A stretch of 64,000 bases of DNA from Candidatus Melainabacteria bacterium 17Bon1m (GCA_032128875.1 JAVLKG010000009.1:206936-270935); one strand, 5' to 3'. Numbered from the stretch's first letter, positions 1 to 9,889 are shown. Notes: a model not told the origin generated them from the letters alone. Translations and numbers: made by a program.

Positions 1-269
1 GCGTCCAGGGCTACTGCACGTACATGAGCCAGTATGACAGTTGGTATGGCGAGTCACATATGAGTGTCGATGCTCTTTACTTGCGCGAGAGTTTGCGCGG
101 CGCTTCAATCGGCAAGGCTTTGATGGAAAGGGTCATGGGAGACGCCAAACAACTCGGTTACTCATCAGTTCGTCTAATGACGCCATCTGACAACACAGGC
201 GCTATTAAGTTCTATGAAAAGCTAGGCGGGCAGCCGGCTTCCAAACTTTGGTTTTGGTTTCAACTCTAA
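1..269 (+). CDS. GNAT family N-acetyltransferase (5' truncated by window edge)
   Basis: Frame open from the window start; LYLRESLRGASIGKALM (motif A) and NTGAIKFYEKLG (motif B). Confidence 0.8.
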   Translation, partial: VQGYCTYMSQYDSWYGESHMSVDALYLRESLRGASIGKALMERVMGDAKQLGYSSVRLMTPSDNTGAIKFYEKLGGQPASKLWFWFQL

Positions 270-329
270 GTCTTCGTGCGCCGCTTCTAAAAAGCTGCTA
301 TAAAAAACAGCGGAAACTTGGAGATTTAA

Positions 330-1556
330 ATGAAAACTGTTTCTTTCACAACAGCGCTCGTTTGCGCATCCATTGCCACCAGTGCAATTTTGATGCCTTC
401 GATTGCACAGAAGTCCGGCTCGGACACGCCAGCTGGCAAGAAGGCAGGGGGCGAGTCCGCAGCGCCGAAAAGCATTGCAAAAAGCACTCAAGACCCGAAA
501 GGTTCAACCACCCAGAAGAGTGTCACTAACATTCCCTCGAAAGGTTTCAGCGGCGAACTTACCGAAATGGCGAAGTCCAATTATCAATGGACGGGAGTCG
601 CCGTCTCCAAAAAGAATCGTGTTTTTGTTTGCTACCCACGCTGGTCGAACATTGGTCCTGTCTCTGCCGGTGAGTTGTTGCCGGACGGCTCTGTGAGCGC
701 GTTTCCCGACAAGAAGTGGAACGAATGGATTCAGGGTGCAAAGGTAACTGGTGAGGAATTTGTTTGCGTGCAGTCTGTGTATTGCGACAGCAGTGGCGCA
801 CTTTGGATTCTCGATCCTGCAGCACCAAAGTTTCATGGACCGATTACAAACGGGCCCAAGCTTGTAAAAGTGAATTTGGGAAACAATCATGTGGAGAAGG
901 TTTACCCACTTGAGACGGTTGCCCCTAAAGACTCATATCTCAATGACGTTCGCGTCGACACCCGCCGCCAAGTTGCCTACATGACTGATTCAGGGCTGGG
1001 TGCGATTGTGGTACTCGATTTGCGCACTGGAAACGCACGCAGAGTTTTGGACACTAGCCCCTCTGTGAAAGCGGAAGATATCAAAATCATGATCGGTGAT
1101 AAGCGCTGGGGCGTAATGCCCGATGGCTCCGTGCGCAAAGTTCATTCTGACGGAATCGCGTTAGATAAGTCTGGTGATTACCTCTACTATCAGGCTCTCA
1201 CTGGCAAAACTCTGTACCGCATTGCTACAAAAGACCTGCGCAATGAAAAACTCGCCGCAAAGGATCTGAATACCAAAGTTGAGAAGGTCGCGACAACGTG
1301 TGTTGCTGATGGTATTGAATTTGGTGCCGATGGAACTCTGTACCTTACATCGCTTGAAGATAGTTCAATCAAATCGTTGAATGTTTCTGCTGCAAACAAA
1401 GAAGTTAAGACAGTAGTGAAAGACAAGCAGCTGATTTGGCCAGACTCGCTCGCTATGCGAGGTGATGGGCACATCTACGTCACTGCATCACAAATCAATA
1501 TGGGAGCGAAGGCGCCCACACCGTACAAAATATTTCGATTCAAACCGAAAAAGTGA
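330..1556 (+). CDS. Secreted major royal jelly protein/Yellow-like (L-dopachrome tautomerase-related) beta-propeller
   Basis: Signal peptide; TGVAVS..RVFVCYPRW, VQSV..D..LWILD, YLNDVRVD, AYMTDSG, DGIALD, WPDS motifs. Confidence 0.85.
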   Translation: MKTVSFTTALVCASIATSAILMPSIAQKSGSDTPAGKKAGGESAAPKSIAKSTQDPKGSTTQKSVTNIPSKGFSGELTEMAKSNYQWTGVAVSKKNRVFVCYPRWSNIGPVSAGELLPDGSVSAFPDKKWNEWIQGAKVTGEEFVCVQSVYCDSSGALWILDPAAPKFHGPITNGPKLVKVNLGNNHVEKVYPLETVAPKDSYLNDVRVDTRRQVAYMTDSGLGAIVVLDLRTGNARRVLDTSPSVKAEDIKIMIGDKRWGVMPDGSVRKVHSDGIALDKSGDYLYYQALTGKTLYRIATKDLRNEKLAAKDLNTKVEKVATTCVADGIEFGADGTLYLTSLEDSSIKSLNVSAANKEVKTVVKDKQLIWPDSLAMRGDGHIYVTASQINMGAKAPTPYKIFRFKPKK

Positions 1557-1579
1557 ACTGCCGTATTTAAGCGAATTAT

Positions 1580-2128
1580 CTACTTAATCGTTCCGCTTGA
1601 TGCAGTTGTCTTTGCTTCTGCCAATTTCTTCACCTCAGCGAGGCGTTCTTTCACGCCTTTGATTGTCTGAGTGTTTGTAAGTTGGCGCAGAAAAGGCACT
1701 GGCAGGTCGAGCAGCACGAACGATTGCAGCGAAACATCGGTGGCTTTCTCGCCCGGCAATTCGCTGAGCTCCCACTTTCCTTCAAAAGCTTTGAACTTGT
1801 CTGAGTTCACCATCTTGTACGCGACTTCTTTGTCGTGGGTGTATTTCTCGACGTATGTGCACTTTGCAGTTTTCACAATCGGTAAATCAGTGAAATGCTC
1901 TTCGAGCGTGGCCTCATGATCTGACGATTTGAGCTCTTTGACATGTGAGCCTGGCTTGTAGCGTAGTTCTCTGATGCATTCGTAGACAACGCTCGGTTCG
2001 GCGTTCACTTTTATGTGATCTGTGACGCCAGGAAATTTATCGCATTTTGCCATTGCACTTTGCGGCGCTGCGATTACAGCCGACATTATCGCGCCAACTG
2101 CCAACGACGTGAGGATTCCCCTTTGCAT
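1580..2128 (-). CDS. Exported SRPBCC/polyketide cyclase-like (START fold) protein
   Basis: Signal peptide ending AMA; VNAEPSVVY and SDKFKAFEGKWEL motifs. Confidence 0.7.
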   Translation of the reverse strand: MQRGILTSLAVGAIMSAVIAAPQSAMAKCDKFPGVTDHIKVNAEPSVVYECIRELRYKPGSHVKELKSSDHEATLEEHFTDLPIVKTAKCTYVEKYTHDKEVAYKMVNSDKFKAFEGKWELSELPGEKATDVSLQSFVLLDLPVPFLRQLTNTQTIKGVKERLAEVKKLAEAKTTASSGTIK

Positions 2129-2368
2129 TTGCTCTGCTCCTGAATCAAAACGAGAGGGCGAGTCTACAACGTCTTAAACGTACTTGCCAGGTGGAAAATT
2201 TGAGCAGATATACACCGATTCGCTTGACAGCCGGCTGAAAGTAAAGTGGTAGCGTGGAAGTTAAACCGTTATCGGTTAAACTTCTGCTCTTTAAATTTGC
2301 TTGCGAATTGATGTCAAGCGTGTGCGTGCCTTACCAATGTGATTTTGCAGACGAAGTGAGGCGATGCG

Positions 2369-2956
2369 TCAATTTGCAGGTCTAATTTCCGCCGCCTTCT
2401 GTTCTGCCAGCTCAGCACTGTCTTTCTCGCCTAGCGCGCGCAAAAGTTTTGCTGTAATCAAATAAGAATCTGCCACCTGTGGACTCTTTTGACCAAATCG
2501 GTTTTCTTTTAGTGACACGACTTTGTCGTAAAACTCCAGTATCTGTGCAGTTCCGGCGCCGAATGTGTTGTGGGTCATTGCGAAGTCAATGTCTACTAGC
2601 GCGCAGTCGTCGCCTGTTTTCAGCTGTTTTAACCAGAGCTCGACCAGCTTATCGCGCATGTCCTTGGCGCCGGCGTAGTTTCCGCTTTTTTCGTATATCT
2701 CTGACAGATGAATAAAGCAGGTAGCCAGTTTTGCGTCGTCGCGACTGCCGGGGTACTGTAGCAACTGCATTGCTCTCTCATAGTTCTGTTGAGCGTCCGC
2801 CCAATTTCCTGCATGTTGCTGCAGCAGTGCAGAGCTAAGCAGCCCTTCTATCTCGACTTTGTAGTCTGTCTTGCCACCCGAGCGCATCACCATGAGAGCG
2901 ATTATGGTTGCGCCAACGGCGACGGCAGCAATGATGAGTTGGGTAATGTCAGGCAT
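2369..2956 (-). CDS. Membrane-anchored TPR protein
   Basis: N-terminal TM helix; TPR-like helices (GNWADAQQNYERA; FGQKSPQVADSY). Confidence 0.7.
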   Translation of the reverse strand: MPDITQLIIAAVAVGATIIALMVMRSGGKTDYKVEIEGLLSSALLQQHAGNWADAQQNYERAMQLLQYPGSRDDAKLATCFIHLSEIYEKSGNYAGAKDMRDKLVELWLKQLKTGDDCALVDIDFAMTHNTFGAGTAQILEFYDKVVSLKENRFGQKSPQVADSYLITAKLLRALGEKDSAELAEQKAAEIRPAN

Positions 2957-3087
2957 TGGAAAAAGGCTGTCGTTTGACGCTGCTTATTTTACAATTATGG
3001 TCTGGTTGCGGGGCGCCGATGTTCAACGCTCGCAACAATCAAATGTTGGGGTCCTGTTACCGCCCCGTATACAAGCTTTGAGTAGAT

Positions 3088-4203
3088 ATGAGCCAAACCA
3101 CCACCGTAAGCGATTGCCTGAATGTCTTCGAATACGAAGCCCGCGCGAAGACCTCGTTGGCTGAGATGGCGTATGACTATTATTCGGGCGGTTCTTGGGA
3201 CGAGGTCACGCTGCGCGAGAACTGCTCCGACTTCTCGAAGCTCTCAATCATGCCGCACATGTTGGTCGATTTGACCGAACTCGACATGTCGACGGAGCTT
3301 TTCGGAAGCAAAATTTCGATGCCGCTTATCATTGCGCCTACGGCTTTTCATCAATTGGCGACAGCCGATGGCGAGCGAGCAACCGCGCGTGCTGCTCACA
3401 GAGCTGAAACAATCATGACTTTGAGTACGCTGGCCAATTGCTCAATTGAAGAAGTGCAAGCTGCTGCGCCCGGTCCGAAGTGGTTTCAGCTCTACGTCTA
3501 CAAGGATAGGGAAGTCACCAAGGACCTGGTTCAACGTGCTGAATCTAATGGCTACAAGGCTTTAGTCTTGACCGTTGATTCGCCTATTCTCGGTCGCCGT
3601 GAGAAGGATGTGCGCAATAGGTTTTGTCTACCGAACAATTTTAGATTAGGTCACTTCGACACCGGACCATTGGCTAATCTGCCTGACGATGTCGCGGATT
3701 CCGGATTGGCGGCGTACATTGGAAGTTTGTATGACACTTCGCTCAGTTGGAAACATGTTGAGTGGTTGAGCGAAATTACGAAGCTTCCGATTTTGCTCAA
3801 GGGAATTCTTCGTGCTGATGATGCTGCACTTGGTGTCAAGAACGGTGCGGCAGGAATAATTGTTTCGAACCATGGCGGGCGTCAACTTGACTCAGCGCCT
3901 TCAACCATCAGTGTTCTTTCTGAAATTGTGGACGCTGTTGAGGACAAGGTTCCGGTGTTGCTTGATAGCGGCATTCGTCGTGGAACCGACATATTTAAAG
4001 CCATTGGGCTTGGTGCCAAAGCTGTTCTGACAGGGCGGCCTATTCTCTGGGGGCTAGCGACAAACGGCGAGCAAGGCGCCTATGAAGTTCTGGAAATGCT
4101 GCGTGCCGAATTCCAGCTGACCATGCAGCTTGCGGGCTGTCCAACCTTGAAGCACATCACACCGGATATGGTGCGCAGCAAAGAGCCGTTTTGGGTTACA
4201 TGA
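3088..4203 (+). CDS. FMN-dependent alpha-hydroxy-acid oxidase (glycolate/lactate oxidase family)
   Basis: YDYYSGG, APTAFH, WFQLY, TVDSP..GRRE, SNHGGRQLD, DSGIRRGTD. Confidence 0.95.
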   Translation: MSQTTTVSDCLNVFEYEARAKTSLAEMAYDYYSGGSWDEVTLRENCSDFSKLSIMPHMLVDLTELDMSTELFGSKISMPLIIAPTAFHQLATADGERATARAAHRAETIMTLSTLANCSIEEVQAAAPGPKWFQLYVYKDREVTKDLVQRAESNGYKALVLTVDSPILGRREKDVRNRFCLPNNFRLGHFDTGPLANLPDDVADSGLAAYIGSLYDTSLSWKHVEWLSEITKLPILLKGILRADDAALGVKNGAAGIIVSNHGGRQLDSAPSTISVLSEIVDAVEDKVPVLLDSGIRRGTDIFKAIGLGAKAVLTGRPILWGLATNGEQGAYEVLEMLRAEFQLTMQLAGCPTLKHITPDMVRSKEPFWVT

Positions 4204-4211
4204 GTTAGAAG

Positions 4212-4235
4212 CGTGGGGGCGCATTGCATGCGCCC
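4212..4235 (+). repeat. REP element (GTGG class)
   Basis: cGTGG-GGGCGCATTGCATGCGCCC palindrome just after the stop codon. Confidence 0.85.
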
Positions 4236-4308
4236 GAAAATAAATTGCAAGTAGTAGCGAATTGCATGCTTCGCATGAATTTAAGGGACGATACGAGGGC
4301 AAGGTGAA

Positions 4309-5226
4309 GTGCGAATAGTTTCTTTGATTGCAAGTTCAACAGAGATAGTGCATGCCCTGGGCTTCGGCGACCAGATGGTAGGGCGTTCACATGAGTGCGA
4401 TTTCCCAACGCAAGTTAAGGATCTTCCTGTCTGCACCGGACCCAAATTCAAGACGGACGGAACGAGTTATGAAATTGACCAACGTGTCAAAGAAATTGTG
4501 CAAGAGTCATTAAGTGTTTACCGTGTGGATGCTGCGAAACTCGACGAACTCAAGCCAACGCACATCATCACACAGGCACAGTGCGAAGTTTGTGCCGTCA
4601 GTCTGAAAGATGTGGAAGAAGCAGCATGCCAAATGATTAGCTCAAATCCTCAAATTATTTCTCTTCAGCCTGATTCGCTCGCCGATATATTTGAAGATGT
4701 TCGTCGTATTGCGAAAGGGCTTGGTGTCGTGCCCGTCGGCGAAATGATGGTGGAACAGCTGAAAGGCAGAATGGATGTCGTTGCGCAGAAAGCTCGTGCG
4801 CTGCCAAACAAGCCTCGCGTGGCATTAGTTGAATGGATCGAACCAATGATGGCTGGTGGCAACTGGATGCCAGAATTGATCGACATGGCTGGTGGCATCA
4901 ATCTGTTTGGTGAAGCTGGTAAACATTCACCCTGGATGAACTGGGAAGACCTTGTCGCCGCAGAGCCAGATATCATCATTGTTTCGCCCTGCGGCTTCGA
5001 TATTGATAGGACAATGCAGGAGATGCATCTGATTTCGGATCGCAAAGAATACGCCGGATTGAAAGCGGTGAAAAATGGAAGAGTATTTGTCGCAGACGGC
5101 AATCAATATTTCAATCGTCCCGGTCCGCGCGTTCTCGAATCACTCGAAATGCTAGCAGAGATGCTACATCCGGAAGAATTCAAATTCGCCCACGAAGGCG
5201 TAGGTTGGATACGTTATTCGGTATAG
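4309..5226 (+). CDS. Cobalamin-binding protein, BtuF-like (class III SBP fold), no signal peptide
   Basis: RIVSLIASSTEIV, VGRSHECDFP, CEVCAV, PCGF, YFNRPGPR. Confidence 0.85.
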   Translation: MRIVSLIASSTEIVHALGFGDQMVGRSHECDFPTQVKDLPVCTGPKFKTDGTSYEIDQRVKEIVQESLSVYRVDAAKLDELKPTHIITQAQCEVCAVSLKDVEEAACQMISSNPQIISLQPDSLADIFEDVRRIAKGLGVVPVGEMMVEQLKGRMDVVAQKARALPNKPRVALVEWIEPMMAGGNWMPELIDMAGGINLFGEAGKHSPWMNWEDLVAAEPDIIIVSPCGFDIDRTMQEMHLISDRKEYAGLKAVKNGRVFVADGNQYFNRPGPRVLESLEMLAEMLHPEEFKFAHEGVGWIRYSV

Positions 5227-5267
5227 ATTCAAACCGGGCGATACATGGCATGGACTTTATAAAAACA

Positions 5268-5291
5268 GGGCGCGTGCAACGCGCCCCCACG
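5268..5291 (-). repeat. REP element (GTGG class)
   Basis: Reverse complement cGTGG-GGGCGCGTTGCACGCGCCC. Confidence 0.85.
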
Positions 5292-5302
5292 CTCCTACGC
5301 TT

Positions 5303-5938
5303 TTACTTTTTGCGTTGAGCGAAGCGGGAACAGAGGAGTTTTGCGGTGGGAACGTCGATTGATGGAAGTTCTGTCACCAGCAATTTTGGAGTGAACTTGC
5401 TGATCACCGGCTGCAGTGAGCGAAGTTTTTTAATCGCATCGGGATCAGTCTTCATCAGTTCTTCCACGATTTTGTACGCTTCCAAAAAGCGTTCATTCGC
5501 AAAGCAGTTGTCCGGGTTGCATTTGTGTTCTGGGAAAAGTTGTGGGCAGAGTTTCGCCCAGCGCATCTGAAACCAACATGCAAGCCCCTCTTCAAACATT
5601 GATGTCCAGAGTCGAGCAGGTGTCAAAAGGTGCACGCACTCGTGTGCTAACTGCCAGACAATTTTGCTGTTGTCGTTACGTGCATCATTGGACAAACGAA
5701 AAACAATTTTCTGCTCTTCCTCGCGGTACTTCATGATCGGCACATTGGAGCTAAAGTAGATGCCGTCAAAGCTGTAAGGCGCCGGGTCAACGCGCTTGCC
5801 GAAGAGCATTTCTCCGTCTTCCAAAAGCATCTCTATGACTTGCTCTACGTTATTAGGCTCCAGTGGATTCGCAGATGCAAATCGCGGAATGAAATCTGTT
5901 GGTTCGACTTTCGGAATTTCGAAAAGTTGAAGTTGCAT
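5303..5938 (-). CDS. Putative zinc metallopeptidase (HExxH, gluzincin/ImmA-IrrE-like)
   Basis: QLAHECVHLL followed by FEEGLA; AGGA RBS upstream of the ATG. Confidence 0.65.
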   Translation of the reverse strand: MQLQLFEIPKVEPTDFIPRFASANPLEPNNVEQVIEMLLEDGEMLFGKRVDPAPYSFDGIYFSSNVPIMKYREEEQKIVFRLSNDARNDNSKIVWQLAHECVHLLTPARLWTSMFEEGLACWFQMRWAKLCPQLFPEHKCNPDNCFANERFLEAYKIVEELMKTDPDAIKKLRSLQPVISKFTPKLLVTELPSIDVPTAKLLCSRFAQRKK

Positions 5939-5977
5939 ATTCGGATTTCCTGAATGTGGGGAGCATGCAAGAACACC

Positions 5978-6000
5978 GGGCGACGCGTGGCAGCGCCTAC
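5978..6000 (-). repeat. Degenerate REP (GTAG class) overlapping the ruvC stop codon
   Basis: GTAG-GCGCTGCCACGCGTCGCCC; the TAG of GTAG is the ruvC stop. Confidence 0.6.
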
Positions 6001-6617
6001 GGTTTTTTAGCTAGTCTGTGCCTCTTCGGGCGTTCTGCTCGAATTGTTTCGGCGACTTTAATGGTGGTTGTAATTTTCATTGATGTGTCGATGACGTGCG
6101 ACATACGCGCGTGGCAGACTGCCAAAGCCAGCGCGTCGGATGCATCATCCGGGCGAATAATCTCTTTCAAATTTAGCAAGCGAGCGACAGCTTGCTGGAC
6201 GACGGGTTTTTCCGCGCGACCAAAGCCGGCGATTTGCAATTTAACTTGCATAGGGGTGTACTCGTAGGTTGGCACGTCAAAGTTGGCGCCGACCTCCAAG
6301 ATGATTCCCCGTGCCTGGGCTACAGGCACGACGGTCTTAGCGTTCTTGAAAAAGAAGATTGCCTCTACCGACAAAATGTCCGGCTTGAATTGGGTCATAA
6401 GTTCCATCAAATCTGCGCGGATCATGCTCAGGCGCTTGCCCGCCGACATACTCGATGGTGTCTGAATTGTGCCCGAAGCGATATATTCGAATTGGTCGCG
6501 GGGCGTGAATTGGACGACGCCGTAGCCTACTGTGGCGGTTCCTGGGTCAATGCCCAAGATTGTGAAAGGTCGAATGTCAGAGTCGTTGCCGGAGTAATTT
6601 AGAGATTGTTCCGTCAT
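5997..6617 (-). CDS. ruvC: Holliday junction resolvase RuvC
   Basis: ILGIDPG, VEAIFF, AQARG, YTPMQVK, G.GRAEK, PDDASDALA. Confidence 0.97.
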   Translation of the reverse strand: MTEQSLNYSGNDSDIRPFTILGIDPGTATVGYGVVQFTPRDQFEYIASGTIQTPSSMSAGKRLSMIRADLMELMTQFKPDILSVEAIFFFKNAKTVVPVAQARGIILEVGANFDVPTYEYTPMQVKLQIAGFGRAEKPVVQQAVARLLNLKEIIRPDDASDALALAVCHARMSHVIDTSMKITTTIKVAETIRAERPKRHRLAKKP

Positions 6618-6790
6618 GCTTTCCCCGTCGCTAGATCTGCCGCCGTCGGCAAATTTGCGTCTTTTCTAGTCCATTAACGTGCTTGCCTATATAAACAAGC
6701 TATGCGTCTGGTATATTCAACTCTTCAGTACTGGAGCCAGAATAAAAGCAATAGTAACATTGTCTCTGTCGAGATGAGAGTGCTAGGTGA

Positions 6791-8458
6791 ATGCGTGGCG
6801 AGCGGGAGTCAATTTTGATGCAAAGCGGTCCTCTAATGATGGAGGATACGAGTCTTGCGCCCAGACCTGGTGTTCTGGAAGCGAGCGGTTTCGGTGCGAA
6901 ACTGCCTCTGGCATTCCTGTTTGGCTGCATTCTAGGGCTCTCTAGCGCCGGATTCGACCAATCGTGGATCGCCTGGATTGGCGTGGTACCACTGCTGGTG
7001 ATCCTGCGTTGTGTCAATGGCATGAAGGAAGCTGCGTTGGCAGGGCTTGCTTTCGGACTTGGATATCACCTGGTTGCGACGAGCTGGTTCCTCGGACTCT
7101 TCCCCTTGCGCTGGCTTGGCGTCGAGGACTGGTTGGGCGTGCAACTCAGTGTTCTGGTATGGATTTTTGAGTCGCTGCACCAAGCGCTGCTGATGGCTGG
7201 CTTTTCACTGCTCGTTTTTTGCTTGCCGCTGCGGTCTGGTTTTATCCCGCACTATCAGCGCCCGTTTGTTCCCTACCTTTGGGGCATTCCGCTCATCTGG
7301 ATTTACTGCCACTGGGTGGTGGGTACATCGGAGCTTTTCCTTTCGGTGCCTGTCGATCAGCTTGCGTACTCACAGAGCCAGCACACTGGCTTTATCCAGA
7401 TTGCACGTATCGGTGGCAGTGCGCTCGTTGATTACATTCTGATTTTGTTCAACGCGGCACTTGCTGAGCTGATACTGGATTTGGTGCATCTCGGACGACG
7501 GCTCGATGGTCGTATCGACAAGTTGCGCCAGCGCGTCGGTCCTCTACTGGACCTTTCGATTGTGTCTGTGATTTTGGTCGTTTGCAACGTCTGGGGCGGT
7601 ATGCAAGTGCAGCGTATTGCACAGGAAACACGACCCGAAGTCGCGCTTGCGGAAGACCCTCAGTCGCAAGCAGTGCCGATTGCTGTGGTGCAAGGCAATA
7701 TTAGTATTGAAGAAGATCGTTTAAAAACAACATCAGCCAAAGCGATCAGTGATCGCTATGCGGAGCTGTCCAACAATCTTGGAACCTCCATCGTCGTGTT
7801 GCCGGAAGGCGTTGCAAACCCTGTGCAGCTGGCACCCGGCTATCTCGTGAGCCGACTCAAAGAAATCAGTCAGCGCGAGAAGAAAGAAATTCTTGTCGGT
7901 TCTGTAGAGTCTATAAAGAGCGCTCACGTGAATGCCGCGCGTTTGATTTCACCCGCCAATCCACCAAACAACCTTTACGTAAAACGGCGTCTGGTGCCCA
8001 TAGGAGAACTGGCACCATTGAAAGCTATCGAAGACACATTGCCGTCAAACATTGCGAAACGTTTGCCGTCAGAGCAAATGAGCTTTGTGGTTTCAAAAAC
8101 AACTGAGCTTCCCCAAAGTCTCTGGGGACCTATGGGTGTTTCGATCTGTTCTGAAATTGTTTATCCGCGCTTGCTCGCAAGAGAAGTCCGCAAAGGCGCC
8201 ACGATCTTGCTCAATTTGTCCAACCTTGCCTGGTTCCACAATTCAGCACTTAACAAGCAAGTGCTGGCTGCCGCAGTTTTTAGGGCTGTTGAAAATGGAC
8301 GCTATCTGGTCTTGTCCACAAACACCGGAATCTCTGCTGTAATCGACCCCGCGGGCATCGTCACTGCTGTCTCGTATCCTGGCAAGCGCGGCGTTTTGCT
8401 CGGTACTGTACAATTCCTATACAAAAAGACCCCTTTCAGTAAAATGTGGTGGCTATGA
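6791..8458 (+). CDS. lnt: Apolipoprotein N-acyltransferase (start could be 6818)
   Basis: Multi-TM N-half; VVQGNI, LPEG, KRRLVPIGE, ICSE, RAVENGR, NTGISAVIDP. Confidence 0.92.
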   Translation: MRGERESILMQSGPLMMEDTSLAPRPGVLEASGFGAKLPLAFLFGCILGLSSAGFDQSWIAWIGVVPLLVILRCVNGMKEAALAGLAFGLGYHLVATSWFLGLFPLRWLGVEDWLGVQLSVLVWIFESLHQALLMAGFSLLVFCLPLRSGFIPHYQRPFVPYLWGIPLIWIYCHWVVGTSELFLSVPVDQLAYSQSQHTGFIQIARIGGSALVDYILILFNAALAELILDLVHLGRRLDGRIDKLRQRVGPLLDLSIVSVILVVCNVWGGMQVQRIAQETRPEVALAEDPQSQAVPIAVVQGNISIEEDRLKTTSAKAISDRYAELSNNLGTSIVVLPEGVANPVQLAPGYLVSRLKEISQREKKEILVGSVESIKSAHVNAARLISPANPPNNLYVKRRLVPIGELAPLKAIEDTLPSNIAKRLPSEQMSFVVSKTTELPQSLWGPMGVSICSEIVYPRLLAREVRKGATILLNLSNLAWFHNSALNKQVLAAAVFRAVENGRYLVLSTNTGISAVIDPAGIVTAVSYPGKRGVLLGTVQFLYKKTPFSKMWWL

Positions 8459-8961
8459 GCCTGAACCAAAATAGAAACAAAAACAGAGAAGCTTTCGCCA
8501 GATTGTGCGTGCTCGTCGTGATTGGCGTGGCGGCGTTGTTCTCTCAAGGCGGCGCCGGTGGTGCCGGAAGAGCAGACGCAAAAATGCCGATGGTGCGCCT
8601 CGGCAAAGACAATATTGTAAAAGTGGAAGTGGCAACGACCGAAGCCGAAATACAGCGCGGTCTGATGTTCCGCACTTCACTCGCCCAAGACTCGGGCATG
8701 ATTTTTCTTTTTCGCCCGAATCGCCCAGTGAAGTTTTGGATGTTCAACTGTCTGATTTCATTGGACATGCTCTTCGTGAAAGACGGCAAAATCGTCAAAA
8801 TCTGCGAGAACGTCCCGCCCTGCAAATCAAAAATTCCTGACGAATGCCCGACTTATCCTGATTCGCCCATCGATGTGACTGAAGTCGTCGAAGTGAGCGC
8901 AGGCTACGCAAAAGCGCATGGATTGAAGGAAGGCGATACAGTGTCGTTCGAAATTCCGTAG
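8455..8961 (+). CDS. DUF192 family exported protein
   Basis: VEVA..RGLMFR, GMIFLF, FWMFN..LDMLF, VVEVSAG; ATGA overlap with lnt. Confidence 0.9.
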   Translation: MSLNQNRNKNREAFARLCVLVVIGVAALFSQGGAGGAGRADAKMPMVRLGKDNIVKVEVATTEAEIQRGLMFRTSLAQDSGMIFLFRPNRPVKFWMFNCLISLDMLFVKDGKIVKICENVPPCKSKIPDECPTYPDSPIDVTEVVEVSAGYAKAHGLKEGDTVSFEIP

Positions 8962-8989
8962 TCGACAAACCCAGAGAGACTGCGAACAA

Positions 8990-9763
8990 ATGTCCGAGCA
9001 GACACACGTGACACAACACATTCAAACCGAGATGAGCGGCTCAGCTGGTTTTCTCACAATCAACCGTCCCGAATCGCATAATGCGATGAGCAAAGAAATG
9101 TGGGATGGTGTGGTCCCCGCCCTGTACGAATTGCAGAACTGGGGCGCTCATGTTGTTGTGATAAGGGGCACCGGCAATGCTTTCTGCGCAGGCGCCGACT
9201 TGAACGAACTAACTCGAATTGCCGATGAAGAGTCAGCCAATGCGCAATGGTTTTCCATCAAATACGCACTCGACGAACTGAAAGCTTTTGCACTACCCAC
9301 AGTGGCAATGATAAATGGTTCTTGCATGGGCGGCGGTTGCTTACTCGCAATGGCGTGCGATTTGCGATATGCGGTTAAGACCGCGCGTTTTAGCATTCCA
9401 GTTGCAAAACTTGGCATTGTTCTCGATGACGCAAACATTTTGCGCTTGATGTCACTTGTCGGACCATCGGTTGCCTCCGAAATGCTCTACACTGGCGTCA
9501 GTATTTCCGCTACTGAAGCCGAAATGGTCGGGTTGATAAATCGCGCCCTGGACGCTGAAGATTTGCCGCTGTACGTCAACGAAATTTGCAATGCGATTTA
9601 TCAAAACGGTCGCGCCAGTATTTTTGAAACCAAATGTTCAATCGCGCGCATCTTGAGCCATGCACATCCTGAAGGTGCATTGGCATCTTTTGACGATCAA
9701 CAGCGTGTTGTCGAAAGCTATTTGAGCGCGGACTTCCAAGAACGCATCCGCCGACGTCAATAA
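8990..9763 (+). CDS. Enoyl-CoA hydratase/isomerase (crotonase) family protein
   Basis: INRPESHNAM, AFCAGADL, GGGCLLAMACDLR. Confidence 0.9.
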   Translation: MSEQTHVTQHIQTEMSGSAGFLTINRPESHNAMSKEMWDGVVPALYELQNWGAHVVVIRGTGNAFCAGADLNELTRIADEESANAQWFSIKYALDELKAFALPTVAMINGSCMGGGCLLAMACDLRYAVKTARFSIPVAKLGIVLDDANILRLMSLVGPSVASEMLYTGVSISATEAEMVGLINRALDAEDLPLYVNEICNAIYQNGRASIFETKCSIARILSHAHPEGALASFDDQQRVVESYLSADFQERIRRRQ

Positions 9764-9788
9764 CGTGGAGCTATCCATTGAGCAAAAT

Positions 9789-9816
9789 GTAGGGGCGATG
9801 CACATGCGTCGCCCGG
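9789..9816 (+). repeat. REP element (GTAG class)
   Basis: GTAG-GGGCGATGCACATGCGTCGCCC. Confidence 0.8.
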
Positions 9817-9889
9817 TTCAAGTTTATTGCCTTGTATAGCATGGCTATGGTTACGGGGAATAAAGACATAGTCATTTCCGGTTGCGACT

